From Macrostomum lignano (taxonomy: Eukaryota), in NCBI GenBank assembly GCA_002269645.1, contig NIVC01000202.1, positions 310,001 through 374,000 on the forward strand: a stretch of DNA of 64,000 nucleotides, given 5' to 3'. Numbering within the stretch: position 1 is the first letter of the stretch; every line of letters begins with the position of its first letter. The notes beneath the pieces were generated by a model. It had not been told where the DNA came from. It did no database searches and worked only from the letters and a program-made list of their open reading frames with translations. Positions 11,321 through 22,410 of the stretch are shown in pieces. The position numbers and the translations under genes are program-made.

Positions 11321-11493
11321 ATGACCAGCGTAGCAGCAAGAGGAGTCAGGGTAGTCCCGGACCCTACGGGTCCGCCACCGAAGCACCTGAAACCGCTGAA
11401 AGGCGCCAGGCGAGGAAAAGAGGAAACTAAAAAGCAGGAACAGCAGACCTTTAGAGAGGAGCTGCCGTACCTGACCCCTGTGCAGACTGCAGA
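11321..11493 (+). CDS. TTC29: TTC29 exon 1
   Basis: ATG...MTSVAARGVR...REELPYLTPVQTA, GA|GTGAGT donor (phase 2), in frame with 11987. Confidence 0.75.
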
Positions 11494-11986
11494 GTGAGTG
11501 GCATGACCATGTAGCCATGGACTCAGTAAATGTTTAATAATAATTTATGCGTTAAATAACTCAATCGATTGACTCGAATTCAATTATTGTTCAGCAAGTC
11601 TCCGGTGTCAGGGTAATCGCTTGATGAAACCACTAAAATGCATGCAGAATTGTTGCTGTTGTTGCAGCTGCCCACTATCGCTAAGCATTATGATTGTTTG
11701 AAAAGAATTGTGCTTATTTTCTATCTCTCTTCAAGAAATCTACGATTGCAAATTTATCAACCGTACATGTTCCCAGCTTCTTAGACCTTTAAGTGCATAG
11801 CATTGTCCGCTTATACGTACTCAGGAACAAAATATATACAAAACACTGTTTGTCTAATCCACTTTACTAAATCTTGAAGCATATATCTGCTTTGCTCTTT
11901 CAATGCTGACGCTCTGTACCAGTGTATACTTAATTTATATTTATTTTCTAGAAGGTACTCAAGCACGTCGCCAAACTCATTCGCAG

Positions 11987-12210
11987 GTACCGAAATCCCT
12001 TTTTCGAGACATTGTGCACCTCCATCCTGACCGATGGCTTTCATCGGACCTTCACCGAGATGCTGCACCTCATCAAGCAGCAACGCCGAGACCGGGAGGT
12101 GGCCGGCCCTGAGTCCATGCTCTGGCAGATCACGCCGTTGGAGGAGCAGCCAGAGAAGCTGAAGAATCTTAGCCGGTACCTCATGGCGGCTGAGAATAGC
12201 GAGCGAAAGG
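11987..12210 (+). CDS. TTC29: TTC29 exon 2
   Basis: EYRNPFFETLCTSILTDGFHRTFTEM...PLEEQPEKL...AENSERK matches TTC29 (YRN..C..ML.DGYHKSFTEL...PLEEQPDKL...AEDAERK). Confidence 0.92.
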
Positions 12211-12339
12211 GTGGGTGCATTTTGAATAATGTGACTGTGGATCAGTCCTAATTACCTTTCTTTACAGCCAATAATATATATTTCGTTTGAGCTTCTCTAA
12301 CTCGTGCAACAAGTCCATCCAATAATAATGTGCATTCTG

Positions 12340-13790
12340 CCAGGGCCTGTTTTCCTTCTCTAACCCCTTCCCTACTGTACATTTTAGTTTTCTGTCTTCT
12401 AAGGCCTGTTTTCCTTCTCTAACCCCTTCCCCACTGTACATTTTAGTTTTCTGTCTTCTAGGGCCTGTTTTCCTTCTCTAACCCCTTCCCCACTGTACAT
12501 TTTAGTTTTCTGTCTTCTAGGGCCTGTTTTCCTTCTCTAACCCCTTCCCTACTGTACATTTTAGTTTTCTGTTTTCTAGGGCCTGTTTTCCTTCTCTAAC
12601 CCCTTCCCCACTGTACATTTTAGTTTTCTGTCTTCTAGGGCCTGTTTTCCTTCTCTAACCCCTTCCCCACTGTACATTTTAGTTTTCTGTCTTCTAGGGC
12701 CTGTTTTCCTTCTCTAACCCCTTCCCCACTGTACATTTTAGTTTTCTGTCTTCTAGGGCCTGTTTTCCTTCTCTAACCCCTTCCCCACTGTACATTTTAG
12801 TTTTCTGTCTTCTAGGGCCTGTTTTCCTTCTCTAACCCCTTCCCTACTGTACATTTTAGTTTTCTGTTTTCTAGGGCCTGTTTTCCTTCTCTAACCCCTT
12901 CCCCACTGTACATTTTAGTTTTCTGTCTTCTAGGGCCTGTTTTCCTTCTCTAACCCCTTCCCCACTGTACATTTTAGTTTTCTGTCTTCTAGGGCCTGTT
13001 TTCCTTCTCTAACCCCTTCCCCACTGTACATTTTAGTTTTCTGTCTTCTAGGGCCTGTTTTCCTTCTCTAACCCCTTCCCCACTGTACATTTTAGTTTTC
13101 TGTCTTCTAGGGCCTGTTTTCCTTCTCTAACCCCTTCCCTACTGTACATTTTAGTTTTCTGTTTTCTAGGGCCTGTTTTCCTTCTCTAACCCCTTCCCTA
13201 CTGTACATTTTAGTTTTCTGTCTTCTAGGGCCTGTTTTCCTTCTCTAACCCCTTCCCTACTGTACATTTTAGTTTTCTGTTTTCTAGGGCCTGTTTTCCT
13301 TCTCTAACCCCTTCCCCACTGTACATTTTAGTTTTCTGTCTTCTAGGGCCTGTTTTCCTTCTCTAACCCCTTCCCTACTGTACATTTTAGTTTTCTGTTT
13401 TCTAGGGCCTGTTTTCCTTCTCTAACCCCTTCCCCACTGTACATTTTAGTTTTCTGTCTTCTAGGGCCTGTTTTCCTTCTCTAACCCCTTCCCTACTGTA
13501 CATTTTAGTTTTCTGTTTTCTAGGGCCTGTTTTCCTTCTCTAACCCCTTCCCCACTGTACATTTTAGTTTTCTGTCTTCTAGGGCCTGTTTTCTTTCTCT
13601 AACCCCTTCCTCACTGTACATTTTAGTTTTCTGTCTTCTAGGGCCTGTTTTCTTTCTCTAACCCCTTCCCCACTGTACATTTTAGTTTTCTGTCTGCTAG
13701 GACCTGTTTTCCTTCTCTAACCCCTTCCCCACTGTACATTTTAGTTTTCTGTCTTCTAGGGCCTGTTTTCCTTCTCTAACTCCTCCTTAG
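12340..13790 (+). repeat. 59-bp minisatellite in TTC29 intron 2
   Basis: Unit ctagggcctgttttccttctctaaccccttccccactgtacattttagttttctgtctt, about 24 copies. Confidence 0.97.
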
Positions 13791-13859
13791 TGTACATTTT
13801 ATTATTAACTCTGCTAAGTGCTAGGGCCTATTTATATTCCCAATTGTACTTTACTCACG

Positions 13860-14095
13860 TGACCGAGTGTGGGGGCAGAGCAACTCAGCGCTAAACGCGT
13901 CTAAATCCGCGCTACACGACCCCTGGTTCAATTCCGTGCGCAAACAAATTCATTTGGGACCGTATCCACGAAAATTGGCCGGCGGGTTTTCGTGCGATTC
14001 GAGCACAGAGGTGTACATGCCTAACGATTAGAAAGTCAAGGGGCCTGTACACCCTGTGTGAGCATGTGCATAAATGCGTGTCTGTGTTTTGTCAG
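13860..14095 (+). mobile_element. SINE family 2 (putative tRNA-derived)
   Basis: B-box-like GGTTCAATTCC at about 13926. The core gtacatgcctaacgattagaaagtca...tgtacac.ctgtgtgag recurs at 25540 (+), 23750-23810 (-) and 37205 (-). Confidence 0.55.
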
Positions 14096-14147
14096 GGTGC
14101 CTCACAGGCCTTCGCAAAGATTAATTTATTCAATTTATTTTACTCAG

Positions 14148-14626
14148 GTGACCACCTCGCGGCCTACGAGGCTTACCTGTACCTGGCGCACTACTTCGAA
14201 GAGGAGCCCAACGACAAGTGGCTGTCGGACCACTACTACGATCGCTGCCTCCGGTCCGGGCCGCTAGTCCAGGGCGACGGTGGCCGCAAACTGGCCGAGG
14301 CGCATTACAACAAAGGCATGGCCATGGAGAGGGGCGGCCGCCTAGAGGAGGCCATGACCCACTTCGCCGTGTTCTACGACCGGACCCGGGGCCAGGACGC
14401 CTGGGTGCAGCGCGACGGCAAAGGTCTTCATCGGGTGGCTTGCGAAGCCCTGGCCAGGGTGCACATCAGCAGGAGCGACCAGCTGCCAGATGAAGCCGCC
14501 CGCGAGCTGCTGCAGAAGGCTCACAGCATCGCCAAGGAGAGCGGCAATACTTTCCTGGAGGCTCGGTGCGCTCACCACCTGGGCAACGTGTTCGACAGAA
14601 TTGATAAGCCCGACACAGCCCTGCAC
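14148..14626 (+). CDS. TTC29: TTC29 exon 3 (TPR repeats)
   Basis: DKWLSDHYYDRC...DGGRKLAEAHYNKG...LACEAL; CAG acceptor and GTGAGT donor. Confidence 0.93.
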
Positions 14627-15072
14627 GTGAGTCGGGTGTCTGTTGGGTTTGAGTAGAGTGTCTGTTGGGTTTGAGTAGGGTGTCTGTTGGGTTTGAGTAG
14701 AGTGTCTGTTGGGTTTGAGTAAAGTGTCTGTTGGGTTTGAGTAGAGTGTCTGTTGGGTTTGAGTAGAGTGTCTGTTGGGTTTGAGTAGAGTGTCTGTTGG
14801 GTTTGAGTAGAGTGTCTGTTGGGTTTGAGTAAAGTGTCTGTTGGGTTTGAGTAGGGTGTCTGTTGGGTTTGAGTAGAGTGTCTGTTGGGTTTGAGTAGGG
14901 TGTCTGTTGGGTTTGAGTAGGGTGTCTGTTGGGTTTGAGTAGGGTGTCTGTTGGGTTTGAGTAGGGTGTCTGTTGGGTTTGAGTAGGGTGTCTGTTGGGT
15001 TTGAGTAGGGTGTCTGTTGGGTTTGAGTAGGGTGTCTGTTAGGTTTGAGTAGGGTGTCTGTTGGGTTTGAGT
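14627..15072 (+). repeat. 22-bp minisatellite starting at the TTC29 exon 3 donor
   Basis: Unit tgagtagggtgtctgttgggtt, about 20 copies. Confidence 0.95.
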
Positions 15073-15130
15073 CGTGTTTCCTCCTGTATCTAGCCTTCAT
15101 CGCTCACCCTACATGTCTGCTACACTGCAG

Positions 15131-15222
15131 TTCTACAAAGAGTTCTATCAATTGGCCTCAAAGTTGGATGACCCTGAGCAGCTCGGCTTGGCCTGCGAGG
15201 CTCTGGCCACGGCCTACGAGAA
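15131..15222 (+). CDS. TTC29: TTC29 exon 4
   Basis: FYKEFYQLASKLDDPEQLGLACEALATAYEK; CTGCAG acceptor, GTGAGT donor, phases consistent. Confidence 0.9.
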
Positions 15223-15301
15223 GTGAGTAGCCTTACAGACGAACAACTACTGCACCATTCAGTATTCATTCCGCCACTAATGAACTTTTCCAATTCAACA
15301 G

Positions 15302-15422
15302 ACAGGGCAAGGCGGAGACCAGCGTGAAATACCTGGAAGAGTTTGCCAAGGTCACGGAGGGCAAGCAGGATCGGCTTTTTAGCCGCGCCTGCCGCGGGCT
15401 TGGCGCCGCTTTCAACAAACAA
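15302..15422 (+). CDS. TTC29: TTC29 exon 5
   Basis: QGKAETSVKYLEEFAKV...RACRGLGAAFNKQ; AG and GTGAGA splice sites. Confidence 0.9.
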
Positions 15423-15472
15423 GTGAGATAGACGGACTTCGAGACGTTTAAATAGAAATTACATCTCTGCGC

Positions 15473-15597
<125 letters not shown>

Positions 15598-15869
15598 TTG
15601 ATTTTTTCGAAAACCATCTGGCTGAGAAATAAATCCGATATGTATCGAAAAATACAAAACTACAGAAATAAAACCGATATGTATCGAAAAGTATGAAAAC
15701 TATAGAAATAAAGCCGATATGTAACGAACAATACAAAACTGTCAAAGGCGATATGTATAGAAAGAAAGTGTGCTAGTAAAGTACTAACCTAAAGTAGTAA
15801 GATGAAACTTACTGATTGCGAAGACCAGGTTTATGAACTCTTATCCGTCACTCAACCATGACATCCCAG

Positions 15870-16310
15870 GGCGAGTTCCAGCGCGCCGCTGACTACTTCA
15901 GCAAGGCCTTCAGCGTGGCCCGCACCCTGCAGGACAAGGAGGACATCTACCTGACCCGGATGCAGTACGGCATCAGCCAGGCCTTCTCCTTCCTGTCCCC
16001 CTACACCGAGCAGCTTCGCGCGGCAACTCCGCAATCAACCAGAAACCTGCTCACCTGGAAGGAGGTGCGCAAGAACGACGACTTGAAGAAGCCGCTGGCC
16101 GACCGGCCGCCCGAGACCCTGGCCTCCCGGCGGCCGGTGAATCGACGTCCGCCGGCGCACGTCCTGGCCGCCGAGGAGGCCGAGCGACGTCGCGCCGCAG
16201 AGGCCGCCGCAGTTGAAGCCGCCAAAGCCGCGGAGGCGGCGGCGGCAGCGAAGGCGGCGGCGCCGGCGGCGGCAGTGGACAAGCCGGGCTCGGGCAAGAA
16301 GGCCTCGTAG
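15870..16310 (+). CDS. TTC29: TTC29 exon 6 (terminal)
   Basis: GEFQRAADYFSKAF...YGISQA...LLTWKE, then an Ala-rich tail and TAG. The total CDS is 1530 nt (509 aa). Confidence 0.92.
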   Translation, partial: GEFQRAADYFSKAFSVARTLQDKEDIYLTRMQYGISQAFSFLSPYTEQLRAATPQSTRNLLTWKEVRKNDDLKKPLADRPPETLASRRPVNRRPPAHVLAAEEAERRRAAEAAAVEAAKAAEAAAAAKAAAPAAAVDKPGSGKKAS

Positions 16311-16984
16311 CTGTACAAGTAGAAACTTTCAGGTTTTCAGTTTTGCACTCCTATATAACTGCGGCATCTCTGAGTAGGTTTATTCGGAAGGAGGCAGGCA
16401 GAAGAAGTGTTCCTTTATTTAGTGCAAGTGTACTAAAATAGTGCACACGTACTGCTTCAAAATACGCAGGCTACTTTTAGTGTGCGTGCACTTATTGACG
16501 GTACATGTGCACTATAAAAGTGCGCTTGTATTTATTGAACTGTTAAGTACACGTGCACTGATTGAATAGATGCCTGAATCCTTTCGAGCTACTCATGTTA
16601 TATAATTAATTCGGAAAGAAAGTGAACAAAATATTGCTTATAGACTGTTGCCCCTTACACACAATACTTTCTACTAACAGTAGTGTAACTCAGAAAATGT
16701 ACGACTTTTCGTATTGTACCCAGATGTGTCGAACTGAAACTTTTTTGGCTAAATAAAATCCGCTTCTCGATCGATCCTCTTAAACTTTCTTGGCCAGTTT
16801 TCAACGCGCCACACACACACACAAACGCACACAAGTCATTTGTTGTTTTGAACTTTATTCTTTCTCGGCTAACTAGTCAACAACGAGTTAGATATGTTCT
16901 GTAAAATCCCCTGCCAGATAAGAGCTTTGAAACATCTACAAGGATGAAATCCCAATTGTGGTAATTTAGGGGGCCAGTTTCATA

Positions 16985-17310
16985 TCAGGACAGTGTCCAA
17001 TTCGGATGTCAGGACAGTGTCCAATTCGGATGTCAGGACAGTGCCCAAATTGGATGTCAGGACAGTGACCAATTAGGATGTCAGGACAGTGCATAAATTG
17101 GATGTCAGGACAGTGCCCAAATTGGATGTCAGGACAGTGACCAATTAGGATGTCAGGACAGTGCCCAAATTGGATGTCAGGACAGTGACCAATTAGGATG
17201 TCAGGACAGTGCCCAAATTGGATGTCAGGACAGTGCCCAAATTGGATGTCAGGACAGTGACCAATTAGGATGCCAGGACAGTGCCCAATTTGATGTCAGG
17301 ACAGTGCCCA
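16985..17310 (+). repeat. 24-bp minisatellite between TTC29 and WDR88
   Basis: Unit gtgcccaaattggatgtcaggaca, about 13 copies. Confidence 0.93.
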
Positions 17311-17384
17311 ATTGCTTGTTTGCAGTGACCAACCAACTGATTTATGATCGACTCTCCGTACAGCTAAAGTGCTCACAAAAACTC

Positions 17385-17855
17385 ATGCTGACGGAGCTGG
17401 AAGAAGAGACGGCCGAGCCTGGAGCGGAGCCGGAAGTGAACCCTCAAACCCAACCGGAAGCTCAGCCGGATTCAGAGGCGGACGCGCAGATCCAGCTGAC
17501 CATCCTGTCCGGACATACCGGAAGCGTGCGCACCTGCTGCTTCATTCGCAAGGACACCTGCGGCCTGTCGGCCAGCTGGGACGGCACTGCACGCCTGTGG
17601 GACGTCGGCACCGGCAAGGAGCTGCGCTGCCTCACCGGACACGCCGGCGCCAGGCTGAGCTGCGCCCGCGGCGATCCCGACGGCGGCCGGGCGGTCTCGG
17701 CCGGCTGGGACAAGGCCCTGTCCGTGTGGGACCTGGAGACCGGCGCCCGGCTGTGGCGCGGCGAGCTGGGCGGCATCGTCAGCGACGCCCGGTTTTCTGG
17801 CGGCGACGGCGGCGGCCAGCTGGTGACGGCTTCAGATCTGGACTACAATATGCAG
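17385..17855 (+). CDS. WDR88: WDR88 (PQWD) exon 1
   Basis: ILSGHTGSVRTCCF..SASWDGTARLWDV..SAGWDKALSVWDLETGARLW matches WDR88 (ILSGHEHAVSTCHF..WDLETGKLLW); CAG|GTTGG donor. Confidence 0.82.
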
Positions 17856-18111
17856 GTTGGCGAGGCTTGAAGCATCTATTTGAGCTCAGGGCTGCTTCGA
17901 ATTTTAGGTCACTTTGAGCTCAGGGTTGCTTCGAATTTTAGGTCACTTTGAGCTCAGGGTTGCTTTGAATTTTAGGTCACTTTGATCCCCTGGTACATTG
18001 AGCTCCTGGTACATTGGGCTGCTGGTACATTTACTCCTGGATGCGAGTTCCTCGCATCCGCTTTTGCTTTGCAACTCATTGTTGCAGCCTAAACCCCATT
18101 CCCCATTCCAG

Positions 18112-18411
18112 GTGTGGGACACTCGTACCTGCAGTGTTGTGCAGCTCATCCGAGGTGTACACAGATCCACCCTGACCAGCTGCCGGTTCATGCTGGGCGA
18201 CAGGCGGATTCTGTCAACTTCATTAGACTTTACCTGCAAGGTGTTCGATCTCAGGGCCATGGGCGTCACCTTGGCCTTTGCCGATCATAAAAATGCCGTC
18301 TCCTCCGCCAGCCTATCAGCTGATGAGCGTTGCTTAGCAACCTGCTCCTGGGACAAGCGGATCCTGATGTACGACATCTCCACCGGCATGTACCGCTCTC
18401 AGGGACCTAAG
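18112..18411 (+). CDS. WDR88: WDR88 exon 2
   Basis: HRSTLTSCRF..STSLDFTCKVFD..HKNAVSSASL..TCSWDKRI..STGMYR; 300 nt, phase 0-0. Confidence 0.88.
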
Positions 18412-18454
18412 GTGGGTGTGCAGTGCTGTTTGACCAGATCGCTAAGTGTTCAAT

Positions 18455-18790
18455 AATGTCTGACAAGATACAGAATGTGTCTGACATGCTTTTAAAATTT
18501 ATCTGACAAAATACAGAATGTGTCTGACATGATTATTAATTTTACCTGACAAGATACAGAATGTCTGACAAGATTATCAATTTTATCTGACAAGATACAG
18601 AATGTGTCTAACAAGATACAGAATGTGTCTGACAAGATACAGAATGTGTCTGACAAGATACAGAATGTGTCTGACAAGATACAGAATATGTCTGACAAGA
18701 TACAAAAAGCGTCTGACAAGATTATTTATTTTACCTGACAAGATACAGAATGCGTCTGAAAAGATGATTAATTTTACCTGACAAGATTCG
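18455..18790 (+). repeat. 21-bp minisatellite
   Basis: Unit gacaagatacagaatgtgtct. Confidence 0.9.
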
Positions 18791-19364
18791 GAATGTGCCG
18801 GACCTGTGGTAGATCTGACAATACTAAAAAAAACCATATCCGCTGTCAAGATGTTACGAGTGGCCCTTAAAATACCGATTTCTCTGATCAGAAACTGAAG
18901 TAATAACTGAAGGATCCAAGAGAAAGACTTGCAGTATCTTTTAAGTCTAAAGTTAGACATTTCCCACCGGGGCAATGCGTCACGTCATCTGAGTATTCAC
19001 AGTCTGACGGGACCCCGTCATTGCCGAAGAAAGAGGGAGATTTTAATTATTAATTAAAATCAGATTCTGCCGAACCTGATTCCCAGCTAAAGCTGCAAGC
19101 GACTTTAAGCTGACAGGGCTATAGGGAGAGCCGACCCAGATTTGCGTCTTTAGTTAACTAATTGTTCCCAAAATCTGGACAAGCCCCGCCCCTCTACTTT
19201 CCTCCCATCTCCCCATCTCTACGTAGTCGGCTTTTACGGCGTTTTTATTTTCTTCCCAAGAGAAAGTTGATGCATTTTGTTCTATCTGGGACTAATCCTA
19301 TCAGCTGACCGGAGTACAAGCTGCCGCACGCATCTTGCCGACCGCTAATAGCGGTCAAGATGTA

Positions 19365-20730
19365 CGAGGGATGTTCCATAAGTACTTATACTTTTGCATG
19401 CTGCTCAGGAACTACGCAACCAATCATTGTAAGTTTTATGTCGCTGGAAAGCGGCTTTACTCATCTTTAATCTGTCGCCAAAATCATTTCGTTCTGTCAA
19501 CTATGTCAAAAGTTACAACAAAAAACGTAGTCAAAGGTCACCCATAGACTTACAAGAAATTTTCAAAATCAAAACTTCAAAGTTCAGCACGCAGAGTTAT
19601 TTCGGATTCTACATAATGCATTCTTTTTTGCTTCATAAGCGAATGCCACACCCTTTTCGTCTATGGAAAATACTGGCCTAAGCTTTCACAGCATCTTAAT
19701 CTTAAGATCACAGCATCTTAATCTTGTAAAGTTTCACCACCTTGGCTGCTGCTGCATCACCATGGATGTGAACTCAAGGGAAGGACAGCGCGCTGCAATT
19801 TTTACCCTCTGGAAACTCGGAAAAAAGCGATCAGAGATTTATGCGGATTTATGCAACATTCATGGAGCTAATGCGGTGAGCAGGATGACCGTCTACAACT
19901 GGGTTGAGCAGTTCGAAGCAGGAAGGACCAATCCTCCGGTAAAAGCTCAAAGGGACGCACATGGAAAGAAGATCATGCTGTCTCTGTTTTTCGACTGCAA
20001 TGGTCCTCTAACTGTCGAGTTTTTGGAGCCAAACACTACAATAAACTCTGAGCGCTACGTTGAAACGCTAACAAAGCTGCATCATGACATCCAGAACAAG
20101 CGTCGTGAAAATCCCAGACCTTTCATTCTTCATCATGACAATGCAAGGCCTCATACAGCACAAAAGACAGTCGAGGCAATCAGCAAGCTGAAGCTCCATC
20201 TTCTACCTCACCCTCCTTACTCTCCAGACCTGGCACCAGCAGACTTTGCTTTATTTCCAGAGTTGAAGCGCCATCTGAAAGGACGCGTGTACGAGACCAG
20301 GAACCAGATCGAGGAGGAAGTCCGCAGAATTCTGCTGTATGTCATCCCCGACAGCTGTACGCAGAAGCCATCAAAAGCATGTTTAACAGGTGGACCAAGT
20401 GCATCAACTCCGGTGGAAACTACGTTGAGAAGGTGTCGGTACCGACTGAGGATGAGTGACAAAGAAGTCAAACTTTCTGTCATCAACAACGCGCCTCTGT
20501 TTTCATGCTTGCCATTGTAGTTGTTGCTCTTTAAATTTCTTGTAAGTCTATGGGTGACCTTTGACTACGTTTTTTGTTGTAACTTTTGACATAGTTGACA
20601 GAACGAAATGATTTTGGCGACAGATTAAAGATGAGTAAAGCCGCTTTCCAGCGACATAAAACTTACAATGATTGGTTGCGTAGTTCCTGAGCAGCATGCA
20701 AAAGTATAAGTACTTATGGAACATCCCTCG
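19365..20730 (+). mobile_element. Mariner (D,D34D) element, internally deleted, with 198-bp TIRs and TA target site duplication, in WDR88 intron 2
   Basis: TA|CGAGGGATGTTCC...GGAACATCCCTCG|TA. 19365-19562 is the reverse complement of 20533-20730. Confidence 0.95.
19762..20459 (+). pseudogene. Mariner transposase pseudogene
   Basis: HTH-like N-terminus (TVYNWVEQFEAGRT) is fused directly to KKIMLSLFFD. It has HHDNARPH-x-YSPDLAPADF with 34 aa between the two D residues. The first catalytic D block is absent. After a 1-nt frameshift at about 20348 it resumes QLYAEAIKSMFNRWTKCINSGGNYVEK. Confidence 0.9.
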
Positions 20731-20969
20731 TACTTTCACTGCAATGCATTAGCGAAGCGATGCGATAAGGCCCAACTGTGGCAAAAGCATTTTCTGTTTT
20801 TAAGGGTATTGCGCTGTTAGAAACGGGAGTCTAATTAAGTAAAGTCTAAGCCATATTGAGTGGGGATGACCAGTGAGGTGTGGGATATGATACTTGTGAA
20901 TAGTTTAGTTGAAAGTTGATACTTTTTTATAAATCAAACCGCAAGTGAGAAGTTCGATAGATCATCTGA

Positions 20970-21905
20970 GTTTATATGAGCGAGTTCTGACTGAGTTTAT
21001 ATGAGTGAGTTTATTTGAGTGAGTTTATATGAGCGAGTTTATATGAGTGAGTTTATATGAGTGAGTTTACATGAGTGAGTTTATATGAGCGAGTTTATAT
21101 GAGTGAGTTTATATGAGCGAGTTTATATGAGTGAGTTTATTTGAGTGAGTTTCTATGAGTGAGTTTATATGAGCGAGTTTATATGAATGAGTTTCTATGA
21201 GTGAGTTTATATGAGCAAGTTTATATGAGTGAGTTTATTTGAGTGAGTTTCTATGAGTGAGTTTATATGAGCGAGTTTATATGAGCAAGTTTATATGAGT
21301 GAGTTTATTTGAGTGAGTTTCTATGAGCGAGTTTATATGAGCGAGTTTATATGAATGAGTTTCTATGAGCAAGTTTATATGAGTGAGTTTATTTGAGTGA
21401 GTTTCTATGAGTGAGTTTATATGAGCGAGTTTATATGAATGAGTTTCTATGAGTGAGTTTATATGAGCGAGTTTATATGAATGAGTTTCTATGAGCAAGT
21501 TTATATGAGTGAGTTTATTTGAGTGAGTTTCTATGAGTGAGTTTATATGAGCGAGTTTATATGAATGAGTTTCTATGAGTGAGTTTATATGAGTGAGTTT
21601 CTATGAGTGAGTTTATATGAGCGAGTTTATATGAGTGAGTTTATATGAGCGAGTTTTTATGAATGAGTTTCTATGAGTGAGTTTATATGAGCGAGTTTAT
21701 ATGAATGAGTTTCTATGAGTGAGTTTATATGAGTGAGTTTCTATGAGTGAGTTTATATGAGCGAGTTTATATGAGTGAGTTTATATGAGTGAGTTTATAT
21801 GAGCGAGCTTATATGAATGAGTTTCTATGAGTGAGTTTATATGAGTGAGTTTATATGAGTGAGTTTATATGAGCGAGTTTATATGAGCGAGTTTATATGA
21901 GTGAG
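20970..21905 (+). repeat. 14-bp minisatellite
   Basis: Unit atgagtgagtttat, about 65 copies. Confidence 0.96.
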
Positions 21906-21972
21906 TCAAAGTGTACTATGGCAGAGAGTCTACAATACTCCTACCAACTTTTCACCCTGCAACGTCCTGAAG

Positions 21973-22410
21973 ATCTTCGAGGAAAGCCACGAGGGCAGCA
22001 TCAGCAGTTGTTGTCTGTCAGCCGACGGCGCTAAACTCGTCAGCGGCTCCTACGACAACTCGGTGATGGTCTGGGACGCCGAGAACGGCATCAGAGAAAT
22101 CCGCCTTCAAGGCCACGACGACTGGGTTGAAGACGTCAGCCTGAGCGCCGACGGCGCCTGGATGATGTCGGCATCGAAGGACGCCACCCTGCGCCTGTGG
22201 AACATGGAACGAATGGACGAAATGCCGGCCGTGGCCGAGAGCCGCGCCCAGCACGGTGTGCACATGAAAGCCTGCGACACCTGCGGCAAGACGTTCAGCC
22301 TGGCTGGCAATCTGGGAGCGACCCAGTGCGTGTTCTGCCGCATCATCGATCGCAGCAGGCAGGAGACTGACATAGCCAAAACCATCGGGCTGGATCTTCG
22401 CATTTACTGA
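21973..22410 (+). CDS. WDR88: WDR88 exon 3 (terminal)
   Basis: HEGSISSC..LQGHDDWVEDVSLS..SASKDATLRLWN..CDTCGKTFS..TQCVFCRI. The C-terminal Cys motif is typical of WDR88. The protein is about 402 aa. Confidence 0.9.
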   Translation: MFEESHEGSISSCCLSADGAKLVSGSYDNSVMVWDAENGIREIRLQGHDDWVEDVSLSADGAWMMSASKDATLRLWNMERMDEMPAVAESRAQHGVHMKACDTCGKTFSLAGNLGATQCVFCRIIDRSRQETDIAKTIGLDLRIY

